Notes under the pieces: model-generated
What the model was told of the DNA's origin: nothing
What the model saw: the letters and a program-made list of their open reading frames with translations, nothing else
The model's database searches: none
Position numbers and translations under genes: made by a program
Part shown: positions 56,431-64,000 of the stretch, piece by piece
How positions within the stretch are numbered: position 1 is the stretch's first letter
Layout of the letters: every line of letters begins with the position of its first letter
Assembly (NCBI GenBank): GCA_029251865.1
Contig: JAQXCN010000030.1
Coordinates: forward strand, 6,141 to 70,140
Length of the DNA stretch: 64,000 nucleotides
Reading direction: 5' to 3'
Source: Crocinitomicaceae bacterium
GTDB lineage: Bacteria > Bacteroidota > Bacteroidia > Flavobacteriales_D > Crocinitomicaceae

Positions 56431-57750
56431 TCAAAGAAGGTCATTCGCCATATTTGCGAGTTCTGACCGTTCTCCTTTCTCAAGTTTAACATTAGAAAAC
56501 AACTTTTGACCTGTCAAACGATCAATGAGATAAGCCAACCCATTACTGTTTTCGTCAAGGTATGGCGTATCTATTTGATGAACGTCACCAGTGAAAACAA
56601 TCTTCGTGTTTTCTCCTGCTCGTGTAATAATTGTTTTTACCTCATGCGGCGTCAAGTTTTGAGCCTCATCAATAATAAACATAATGTTTGAAAGACTACG
56701 TCCTCTTATGAAGGCTAATGGGGTGATTAAAATTTTCCCCGACTCTTGCATTTCAAGGATTGCCTTGTGTTTCTTTTCATTTTGTCCGAATTGCGATTTA
56801 ATAAACTTCAGGTTATCAAAGAGGGGTTCCATGTATGGACCAATCTTATCATTAGCATCCCCAGGAAGAAATCCTATTTCTTTATTCGATAAAGGAACAA
56901 TGGGTCTCGCTAAAATAATTTGATTGTACTGTTTGGCTTGCTCTAAAGCTGAAGCTAAGGCAAGTAAGGTCTTTCCTGTTCCCGCAACGCCTTGTATAGC
57001 AACGAGTTTTATGTTTTGATTCATCAAGGCGTGAAGCGCAAAGGCTTGTTCTGCATTTTTTGGTTTAATACCGTAAACAAATTCTTTTTCAATACGCTCA
57101 ACTTGATCTACTGCATGGTTAAAAAACGCGAGAGATGAAGATTTTCCGTTTTTGAGAATATAATAACCGTTGGTGAGTTTATTGGCACCAAGTATTCCAT
57201 TCTCGTCAATTCTTCCTTTTGTAAATATTTCTCTGATTTTCTCTGAGTCAACACCTTCTATAGTATTAGATTTCTCCTCATTTTTGATGGTCACCTTGCC
57301 TGTTTCGTAATCTTCAGCGATAACCCCAAGTGCTTTAGCTTTAATTCTCAGGTTAATATCCTTAGTTACAAGAGTTATTGATTTTTTTGGTTCATTTTCT
57401 TTTAGAAAAAGCGCAGCATTGATTATTTTATGATCGTTTTTACCTTCTGCATAAATATGTTCTGCATCTAATTTTTTTGGTTTTTGTTCCATTATTACCC
57501 GAAAATTCCCTTTGCCTTTTCCTAGAGAAATCCAATCTTGAAGCCCTCCACTACCAGATAATTTATCTATGAAGCGTATGACTTCTCGTGCACAGAAATT
57601 TTTCGTGTCATTCCCAACTTTGAATTTATCGAGTTCTTCTAATACGGTAATAGGAATTGCGACATTGTTATCCTCGAATGTTGTTATTGCTTGATGATCA
57701 TGTAATAATACAGAAGTGTCGAGAACGAATATTTTTTGCTTTTTTGCCAT
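56431..57750 (-). CDS. PhoH family ATPase with N-terminal PIN domain (YlaK-like)
   Basis: The PIN start is IFVLDTSVLLHD. Walker A is GVAGTGKTLLALA and Walker B is FIIDEAQN. Confidence 0.9.
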   Translation of the reverse strand: MAKKQKIFVLDTSVLLHDHQAITTFEDNNVAIPITVLEELDKFKVGNDTKNFCAREVIRFIDKLSGSGGLQDWISLGKGKGNFRVIMEQKPKKLDAEHIYAEGKNDHKIINAALFLKENEPKKSITLVTKDINLRIKAKALGVIAEDYETGKVTIKNEEKSNTIEGVDSEKIREIFTKGRIDENGILGANKLTNGYYILKNGKSSSLAFFNHAVDQVERIEKEFVYGIKPKNAEQAFALHALMNQNIKLVAIQGVAGTGKTLLALASALEQAKQYNQIILARPIVPLSNKEIGFLPGDANDKIGPYMEPLFDNLKFIKSQFGQNEKKHKAILEMQESGKILITPLAFIRGRSLSNIMFIIDEAQNLTPHEVKTIITRAGENTKIVFTGDVHQIDTPYLDENSNGLAYLIDRLTGQKLFSNVKLEKGERSELANMANDLL

Positions 57751-57839
57751 TCAAATACTTTTACTTGAATATAGCTTTTAATCGAGAATAACACCAAGAA
57801 AAGTTATTGTATTTAACTAAAAATTTAAGAACAAGATTT

Positions 57840-58730
57840 TCAGTTGTCGTTATTTACAATATCTGCCATAGCAGAATCAAAACTTTCATGCTTGAATGTA
57901 AAACCAGTCTTCCTAATCTTGTCATTTGAAACTTTTAGGCTCTCTGTAAGCATGGTAGACATTTCTCCTAGTGCTAGAGATAGTATGGATCGGGGAACTG
58001 CAGGAAAGAAAAAAGGCTTCTTCATTTTTTTCGAAATGGTTCTCATAAATTCTTTATTGGAGAGGTAACCATTTGCGGCATTATAAATGCCTTCTTTTTT
58101 TTGATCGATGCAATGCACAAACATTCTACATAAGTCTCTTATATGAACCCATGGTACGTACTGCTGGCCGTTACCCAAAGGAGATCCTAATCCAAACTTT
58201 ACCGATTTCATGATTTTGTTTAAGGCACCACCTTTTTTATCAACAACCATAGCAATTCTTAGAATGCCTACAGGACAAATTTCTTTAAAAGTATTACTGG
58301 CCTTCTCCCATTCTTTTACAAGCTTAGATAAAAAATCGTCACCAAACTCGTCTGATTCCGTCATTTCATGGTGCTTATTGTAGCCGTAACAATTAATTCC
58401 CGATGCACTAATGAAGTATTGGAGTTTTGGCATATTTGCGGCGGACTTTCTTAAAAAATGTATTGAATTAACCCGAGAATTAATTAATTCAAGTTTTCTT
58501 TTTTCACTCCATTTTTTTTCTCCAATATTTGCTCCCGCAAGATTAATAATTACTTCAATTTCGTTCAGGTGCTTTGATTCGATACTTTGTTTTTCTGGAT
58601 CCCAATATATATGGCTTTTCCTTTTGGGCCTTCTAGTAAGCTTGTATACTTTGTGGCCTTGCATTTTAAGTGTTTTGGACAATGTTTTTCCAATTAATCC
58701 GCGGCCACCTGATATGAGAAACGTTGTCAT
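57840..58730 (-). CDS. TIGR01777 family oxidoreductase (YfcH-like epimerase fold)
   Basis: FLISGGRGLIGKTL Rossmann motif, a length of about 296 aa and a DUF1731-like C-terminus. Confidence 0.8.
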   Translation of the reverse strand: MTTFLISGGRGLIGKTLSKTLKMQGHKVYKLTRRPKRKSHIYWDPEKQSIESKHLNEIEVIINLAGANIGEKKWSEKRKLELINSRVNSIHFLRKSAANMPKLQYFISASGINCYGYNKHHEMTESDEFGDDFLSKLVKEWEKASNTFKEICPVGILRIAMVVDKKGGALNKIMKSVKFGLGSPLGNGQQYVPWVHIRDLCRMFVHCIDQKKEGIYNAANGYLSNKEFMRTISKKMKKPFFFPAVPRSILSLALGEMSTMLTESLKVSNDKIRKTGFTFKHESFDSAMADIVNNDN

Positions 58731-58862
58731 GAGCAGGCTTTTTTGTTTGAAAAGATTGTTTTTTTACCTTTCAAAACAGTCGATTATAAAAATAACATAT
58801 TTAAAACTTTTTTTGTTTTTAATTTAGAAGAAAATTAAGCTTTACAATTAGTAATTAGTATT

Positions 58863-60311
58863 TTGAAACACACCTTTTTAGTTTTATTTGTTTTTACAAT
58901 TAATCTCGCGTCGACACAGTCGAAAACTACTACCAGTCATAGAGGTAACAACCTATCAGTTTTGGAACACAGATTATCAACACTTGAAATGGAATCGGAC
59001 ATAGATGACGTAGTGTCCTCCATTAAAAAGGTACATCCTATGCCGTTTGACCGTTGCTCAGAGAAAGTGTTTAACGCGGCTTGCGTTGAGGCGCGTGAAG
59101 CGGTTAGAGCACCGTTGACTGTTCTGGAATTCTCAAGTGTTGTGAGCGTATTAATGAATACATTAGGGGATTCACATACTGCTTTAAACCCAAGAGATTT
59201 ATTGTTTATGAGTGGAAAAACAAGAAGGATCTATCCTTTTTATTTAACCCAAATACAAGATAAGTTTTATTTAAGCAAGGTTTTAAACGACCGAATTCCC
59301 AAAGGTGTCGAGGTAATAAAAGTCAATAATCAAAGGGTGAAGGAATTATTTGAAATAACTTCAAAATATGCTCCATCAGAGGGGCCTTTGATTAAAGCGC
59401 GCGACGAAGTTACATCTATGATGATGGGATTGGTTTTTAATCTTAAAAATCGTACTCCCGATAAACCGGTTATAATGACCTTCGTTTCACATCAAGGAGA
59501 CACAATGAAAAGTGATTTAGTTTCAATGAGGTCTTCGAAGTATTTGAATAAAAATAATAGTTGGCATGAAAAAAGAAATCTAGAATTCAAATTTGATGAC
59601 ACTACTGCTTTCATTGGATTAAATTCATTTGATGCACGAAGAGAAAGGAGCTACATGAGGGGAATCGATATTTTTTTTAGAAGGATTGAAAGAAAAAAGA
59701 TTAAAAAAATAACTATAGATATAAGAGGTAATCGAGGAGGTTATGTTTTACTACTGGAGCATGTACTGAGTTATATTAATACGAATAACGCAACTTTCGA
59801 TTTGAATTATTTATACAAAAGAAGTGAACTAGATCGTTTTGAAACACTTTCGCGACTAAAAAAAATGGATTTTGTTAAAAAGGCTTTACGTGTTTATCCA
59901 AAAGGAATGATCAGCAAAGAGTACGATTTTTATAAAAGTAATATGGGAACTACTACATCCATATTGTATCAAAAAAAGTTAAGAAATAGCAATTCTAGAA
60001 CTTTTACTGGAGAGTGTACGCTATTGACAAATGGATTATCCATGTCTGCATCTGTGCTTATGGCATCATGGTTTAAATCAAACGAAAGAGGTGAAATTAT
60101 TGGTTCACCATGTTTTGGCTCGATGAAAGGTACTCATGGCAACCCAGGTCAAGTAATATTAAAAAACTCAGGTATTCCAATATCTATTTCAACCTTAAAA
60201 TTAAATACCTTGGTCGGAACAGGAGATGTAGAAATCACACCTGATATTTCAGTAAAAGTAAGCGCTGAAAACGTCAAGCATAACACGGATCCTTTCGATA
60301 TTTCCTATTGA
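58863..60311 (+). CDS. S41 family peptidase
   Basis: IDIRGNRGGY and TNGLSMSASVL (Ser nucleophile region). The start codon is TTG. Confidence 0.7.
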   Translation: MKHTFLVLFVFTINLASTQSKTTTSHRGNNLSVLEHRLSTLEMESDIDDVVSSIKKVHPMPFDRCSEKVFNAACVEAREAVRAPLTVLEFSSVVSVLMNTLGDSHTALNPRDLLFMSGKTRRIYPFYLTQIQDKFYLSKVLNDRIPKGVEVIKVNNQRVKELFEITSKYAPSEGPLIKARDEVTSMMMGLVFNLKNRTPDKPVIMTFVSHQGDTMKSDLVSMRSSKYLNKNNSWHEKRNLEFKFDDTTAFIGLNSFDARRERSYMRGIDIFFRRIERKKIKKITIDIRGNRGGYVLLLEHVLSYINTNNATFDLNYLYKRSELDRFETLSRLKKMDFVKKALRVYPKGMISKEYDFYKSNMGTTTSILYQKKLRNSNSRTFTGECTLLTNGLSMSASVLMASWFKSNERGEIIGSPCFGSMKGTHGNPGQVILKNSGIPISISTLKLNTLVGTGDVEITPDISVKVSAENVKHNTDPFDISY

Positions 60312-61687
60312 TTAAAAAGGTTCATAATGCGCTCAATTGGAGGTTGAAATTTTACACGGTATTGGATGTAGATGTTTTTATTTTGAACGCGCTCTTTAAG
60401 CCAGGCTTTAATCCGTAGCTTATCTTGTGTTTCTATGAGGCTATCAAGCTTTATATTTATCATCCAAATATTACGAGTTGTGGTATCGTTGTACTCAATA
60501 CTTGGTTGCATGGAGAGAGAAGAAACAGCGGGGTACTGAACGGAGAGCTCTCTAAAAACATTTTGACTAAGCGTTCTTATATCTTGGATACTGTCTAAAA
60601 GCTCTGTTTTTACAGAAAGTTGTTCCTCAATCATTTCAATCTGCCGTTCTTTGGATAGAAGCTCGGCAGCAAGCGGATTAATTTCGTCTTCTTCCTTATT
60701 TCCAAATCCAATTTGTATATCTAAAGTAGATTTTTGTAATTCGAAAATAGGCAGCTTTTTTTCAAGATTCTTGATCTCCTGTTTTGAAATATTTGCACCG
60801 CCATAAATTAATTTAATTACTTTCTCTGAAGCATCGATCTCATGATCAAGGAGATAACTGTTTTTCGTCGGATGAATTGCTAGGTCACTTTTTACAAAAC
60901 GGTTCGCCTTTTGAAGGTATCGATCCTGTTGCACCATTGTATACCCGAAATAAATACTTGGGATAATAGTAATGATGGTTATGCTCCAGATTACACGATT
61001 GGTTCTTTTAGAAACCTTTTCATCAAGTAGACTTTTTTGCGGGAATTTTAGAATCCTCGAGGTTAAAAGTGTTGCGAGTGAGATAAAGACGGTATTAATG
61101 AAGAATAAATAGAAGGCTCCAAAGAAGAAACTCCACTGAAGTGTTGCTAAACCATAACCAGCGGTGCAAAGTGGTGGCATTAACGCAGTGGCAATAGCAA
61201 CCCCAGGAATCACATTACCTTTCATTTTACTCGCTATTGCAACAATTCCGGCGAGGCCTCCAAAAAACGCAATGAATACGTCATAGATATTAGGCGAAAT
61301 TCTAGAGAGCATTTCAGTCTGAGCAACATGCATTGGAGTTAACGCGAAATAAAGTGTTGATGCAAGAAGTGCCACAACTCCCGCAAAAAGATAATTATAG
61401 AGTGCTTTTTTAAGTAGGCTTATATCAGATGTTGCAAGACCAAATCCTAGTCCAATTATTGGACCCATTAGCGGGGAAACAAGCATAGCACCAATAACAA
61501 CTGCTGTTGAATTAACATTTAAACCAAGAGAACAAATGAAAATCGCAAAGACGAGAATCCAGAGGTTTGTCCCTTTAAAAACCACACCACTGTCTATGTT
61601 TTCTGAAATAATAGAGAATTCCTCTTTCTCATGATTTAAGCGAAAGCTATCAACAAGGTTTGTAATGAATCTAAATATTCTTTCCAT
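60305..61687 (-). CDS. DUF389 domain-containing membrane protein with extended C-terminal soluble region
   Basis: VVIGAMLVSPLMGPIIGLGFGLAT and GVAIATALMPPLCTAGYGLA are the DUF389 hallmarks. Confidence 0.7.
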   Translation of the reverse strand: MERIFRFITNLVDSFRLNHEKEEFSIISENIDSGVVFKGTNLWILVFAIFICSLGLNVNSTAVVIGAMLVSPLMGPIIGLGFGLATSDISLLKKALYNYLFAGVVALLASTLYFALTPMHVAQTEMLSRISPNIYDVFIAFFGGLAGIVAIASKMKGNVIPGVAIATALMPPLCTAGYGLATLQWSFFFGAFYLFFINTVFISLATLLTSRILKFPQKSLLDEKVSKRTNRVIWSITIITIIPSIYFGYTMVQQDRYLQKANRFVKSDLAIHPTKNSYLLDHEIDASEKVIKLIYGGANISKQEIKNLEKKLPIFELQKSTLDIQIGFGNKEEDEINPLAAELLSKERQIEMIEEQLSVKTELLDSIQDIRTLSQNVFRELSVQYPAVSSLSMQPSIEYNDTTTRNIWMINIKLDSLIETQDKLRIKAWLKERVQNKNIYIQYRVKFQPPIERIMNLFNQ

Positions 61688-61759
61688 ATAAAAAGCTTCA
61701 ATAAGTGGAAGGTCTTTTGACCCTAACTAATTTACGTGAATTTTTGAAATTTGTTGCTT

Positions 61760-62197
61760 TTATAACCAACCTAGATAGAATATTCCAACAATAAAAAGGT
61801 ACCTAAGAAATTTACCGAGAAGAATAAAAAAGAAACTAGGAACCCAAGCAACGCGAAAAAATCCAAGAGCGACGGCCATGGCATCTCCAACGAAAGGAAG
61901 CCAACTTAACATTCCAATCCAATGCCCATATTTGTTTATTAAAACCTTCCACTTGTTAATTTTAGTTGAAGAAACGCGTATTCGTTTTAACCACTTAGGA
62001 TTGCCTAATCGACCAAGCAAGTAATTAAACCAACCGCCAGCAGCATTGCCCGTTGTAGCTAAAACCAAACACCATAAAGGATGATATCCCAAAACGAGCA
62101 TGCCAATTAAAAAGACTTCTGATGTAATAGGTAAAAACGTAGCGGCTAAAAAGCTAGTTATTAGAAGTCCTAAGTACCCAATCTCGAAGTCAATCAT
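61760..62197 (-). CDS. YqaA/DedA-like (VTT domain) membrane protein
   Basis: The YqaA-like pattern reads LATTGNAAGGWFNYLLGR. I prefer the start at the ATG at 62197, because the track's TTG start at 62212 would run through the terminator hairpin. Confidence 0.7.
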   Translation of the reverse strand: MIDFEIGYLGLLITSFLAATFLPITSEVFLIGMLVLGYHPLWCLVLATTGNAAGGWFNYLLGRLGNPKWLKRIRVSSTKINKWKVLINKYGHWIGMLSWLPFVGDAMAVALGFFRVAWVPSFFFILLGKFLRYLFIVGIFYLGWL

Positions 62198-62222
62198 GAA
62201 AAAAGCCGGCAAAAGCCGGCTT
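62198..62222 (-). terminator. Rho-independent terminator after the T9SS cargo gene
   Basis: On the minus strand: AAGCCGGC-TTTT-GCCGGCTT followed by TTTTT. Confidence 0.7.
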
Positions 62223-62244
62223 AATTATTTGTTATCTAATCAAA

Positions 62245-64000
62245 TTATCTAATTGTCATTTTTCTGCTCACAGATGAGGCGTTTCCTTCCAAGGTTATCG
62301 TATAAAGACCAGAGGTCAAGTTTTTTGAATCTACTGGAATTATATTTTCTCCTTGCTTTAAATCAAGCGCTTTAGACGAAACAATTCTTCCTGATAAATC
62401 GGTAATCAACATAGTCATGTTTTGCGCATTATTCATTACCACTCTAAGATTGGCACCGTTACTTGTGGGATTTGGGAAAACATTGCCTACCTGAAATGAA
62501 GTGCTATTTTCTTCAACACCAATAGTTGGGTCGAAATTCATTCTGACAAATGGTGTTCCTGTTTGGTAATACCATGTTCCGTCGGCGAGGTCTTGAAAGA
62601 AAGAAGTTTGAGGATCAGAGTTTCCAGCAGTAGATACTCTAAATCCTGCCTCGTAAGAGCCCACAACTGCGAGATAAGTCGTATTTGCAAATAAATCAAC
62701 AGGACTTAACAATGGAACAGTAAAACTCGAATTCTGCATTTGTTGTGTCAAGATAAGTGGGTCTGACTCGTTTTCATAAATAAATTCTCCTTCTGAATCT
62801 AAGGAATATAATTTAACATAGAATTCAACGCCAAGTTGAGCACCATTTGTTCCACCGGGGATTCTAATATCGATTGCTTTGAGTGTTTGATCTGCCCAAA
62901 TATCGAAAAGGTTTCCTGCTTCGAAACCATCCTCTCCGTTTGAAGTACTTCCTCCTACAGCATTGATATCCCTTGCATATATATAGTTTACAACTTCAAA
63001 AGTGATATTTGAAATTTCATTATTCACCGGAACATCATCCGTAGAATCAGTGCTAATTGACTGAACGATCGTGTAGTCACCAAGGGCATCAGGTGTAAAT
63101 TGAGTGCTTAAAGAAATGGTGTCATAACCCAAAGGGTCTATAGAAACAGGATCACTTGTTCCTGAGAATGCACCAGCATTAATATCTGCATTCAAAGTCA
63201 CATTCGTTTGTGTATTATTCCCGCCATTAAATAATGCGGCTTCAAAGTCAATTGGTGCAACTTGAGTGATAGGGATTTGGAAGTAGTTCAGTCCTTCGCT
63301 TCCCCAATACGTATCCGTCACTTGAAGGTCGTTTCCGGGATTAGTAACAATACGAACGTCGTCAATATACCAACCGTAAGTTACCCACACATTTGGATTG
63401 TCAGCAGACGCTGGGTAGTTTGTAGTCCAGCTGAACTGAAGCCAAATAGGAGCGCTTGTTTCTGAAATCACAGTCCCGAGGTTTATTTGTTTAAGGTCCG
63501 GGTTGTCATACGCAGACCCACCAGAAGCGGATAAAACGGATTGATCTAAATTATCTCCAATGGGATTGAAAGTCACACCATCTGTACTGTAAAGTATTTG
63601 TTGTAAATCATTGAATCGCGCACCGAACTGTTCAAATTCTAGTGTCACCTGATTGGTGCCCGCCAAGGTAATAACATCAATCGGGTTAGCTGTTGTTAAG
63701 GTATAAACAACATCAAGTGCTTGGGTTCCATCAAAAGGATCGCCATTTACCAATTCAGCATAATTCCCACCGGAACTAGAGCTTATACCTGCTGTTGAAT
63801 ACCAACCATCAGATTCAGCATTGATATTCCACCCGTAGTCCAAACCAGATTGACCACTATTATCAACAACCCACGTAGATTCATCTGAGAAGTCATCTGA
63901 CCAAATCGTAACTCCTTCATCTTTTAATGAGGGCATTAGACTAGAAGGCTTCTCGACGCTTGACAATTCATCAGCTAAAATAATTCGTGGTGCTTTTTGA
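62245..64000 (-). CDS. large secreted protein with T9SS C-terminal sorting domain (5' end outside the window)
   Basis: The CTD reads VGNVFPNPTSNGANLRVVMNN...LTSGLYTITLEGNASSVSRKMTIR. The frame stays open from 63966 to the window end, so the track's TTG start is probably artificial. Confidence 0.7.
   Translation of the reverse strand, partial: QKAPRIILADELSSVEKPSSLMPSLKDEGVTIWSDDFSDESTWVVDNSGQSGLDYGWNINAESDGWYSTAGISSSSGGNYAELVNGDPFDGTQALDVVYTLTTANPIDVITLAGTNQVTLEFEQFGARFNDLQQILYSTDGVTFNPIGDNLDQSVLSASGGSAYDNPDLKQINLGTVISETSAPIWLQFSWTTNYPASADNPNVWVTYGWYIDDVRIVTNPGNDLQVTDTYWGSEGLNYFQIPITQVAPIDFEAALFNGGNNTQTNVTLNADINAGAFSGTSDPVSIDPLGYDTISLSTQFTPDALGDYTIVQSISTDSTDDVPVNNEISNITFEVVNYIYARDINAVGGSTSNGEDGFEAGNLFDIWADQTLKAIDIRIPGGTNGAQLGVEFYVKLYSLDSEGEFIYENESDPLILTQQMQNSSFTVPLLSPVDLFANTTYLAVVGSYEAGFRVSTAGNSDPQTSFFQDLADGTWYYQTGTPFVRMNFDPTIGVEENSTSFQVGNVFPNPTSNGANLRVVMNNAQNMTMLITDLSGRIVSSKALDLKQGENIIPVDSKNLTSGLYTITLEGNASSVSRKMTIR

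Noticed and set aside
58747-58786. 8-bp inverted repeat GTTTGAAA ... TTTCAAAC in the TIGR01777 / S41 divergent spacer
   Set aside because: It is a single short repeat with a 16-nt loop in an AT-rich spacer. I had nothing to tie it to a regulator.

Overview
AT-rich chromosomal segment from a Bacteroidota genome, probably Flavobacteriia-like. The lineage call rests on several T9SS C-terminal sorting domains, a TonB-dependent receptor + DUF4249 pair, TAnnTTTG -7 promoter boxes and the absence of Shine-Dalgarno leaders. I support about 59 protein-coding genes. I recognised no rRNA, tRNA, CRISPR array, transposase or integrase. Most of the content is housekeeping: partial kynA, fumC, proC, monomeric icd, dxs and an enoyl-CoA hydratase. 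There is a complete heme-copper oxidase accessory cluster (ctaB, two CoxIII-like genes, CoxIV, two SCO-like genes, a DUF3050-DUF420 fusion), a divergent porin / Na-Pi cotransporter phosphate module and a ChrA chromate transporter. There is also a GH3 beta-glucosidase + MFS sugar transporter pair, envelope genes (AsmA-like, MscS, OmpA, flippase), and a GT2 - DUF2079 - PorZ-like operon. The stretch 11.4-16.9 kb looks accessory. All its genes are on the minus strand, and the spacers carry a family of imperfect palindromes with ...AAC / GTT... ends placed directly after stop codons. These resemble integron attC sites, so my top hypothesis is an integrase-less cassette array (CALIN-like). This is unproven, and a REP/MITE-like palindrome family is the main alternative. 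Other second-look items: the translationally coupled GT2-DUF2079-PorZ-like operon, the DUF3050-DUF420 fusion, and large insertions (one His-rich) in both CoxIII-like proteins. Also a Cys-rich DUF6428-like gene coupled to chrA, a Kazal-domain gene in a TonB-receptor operon, and candidate operator repeats in two divergent promoter regions. All family assignments come from reading motifs by eye; no database search was run.
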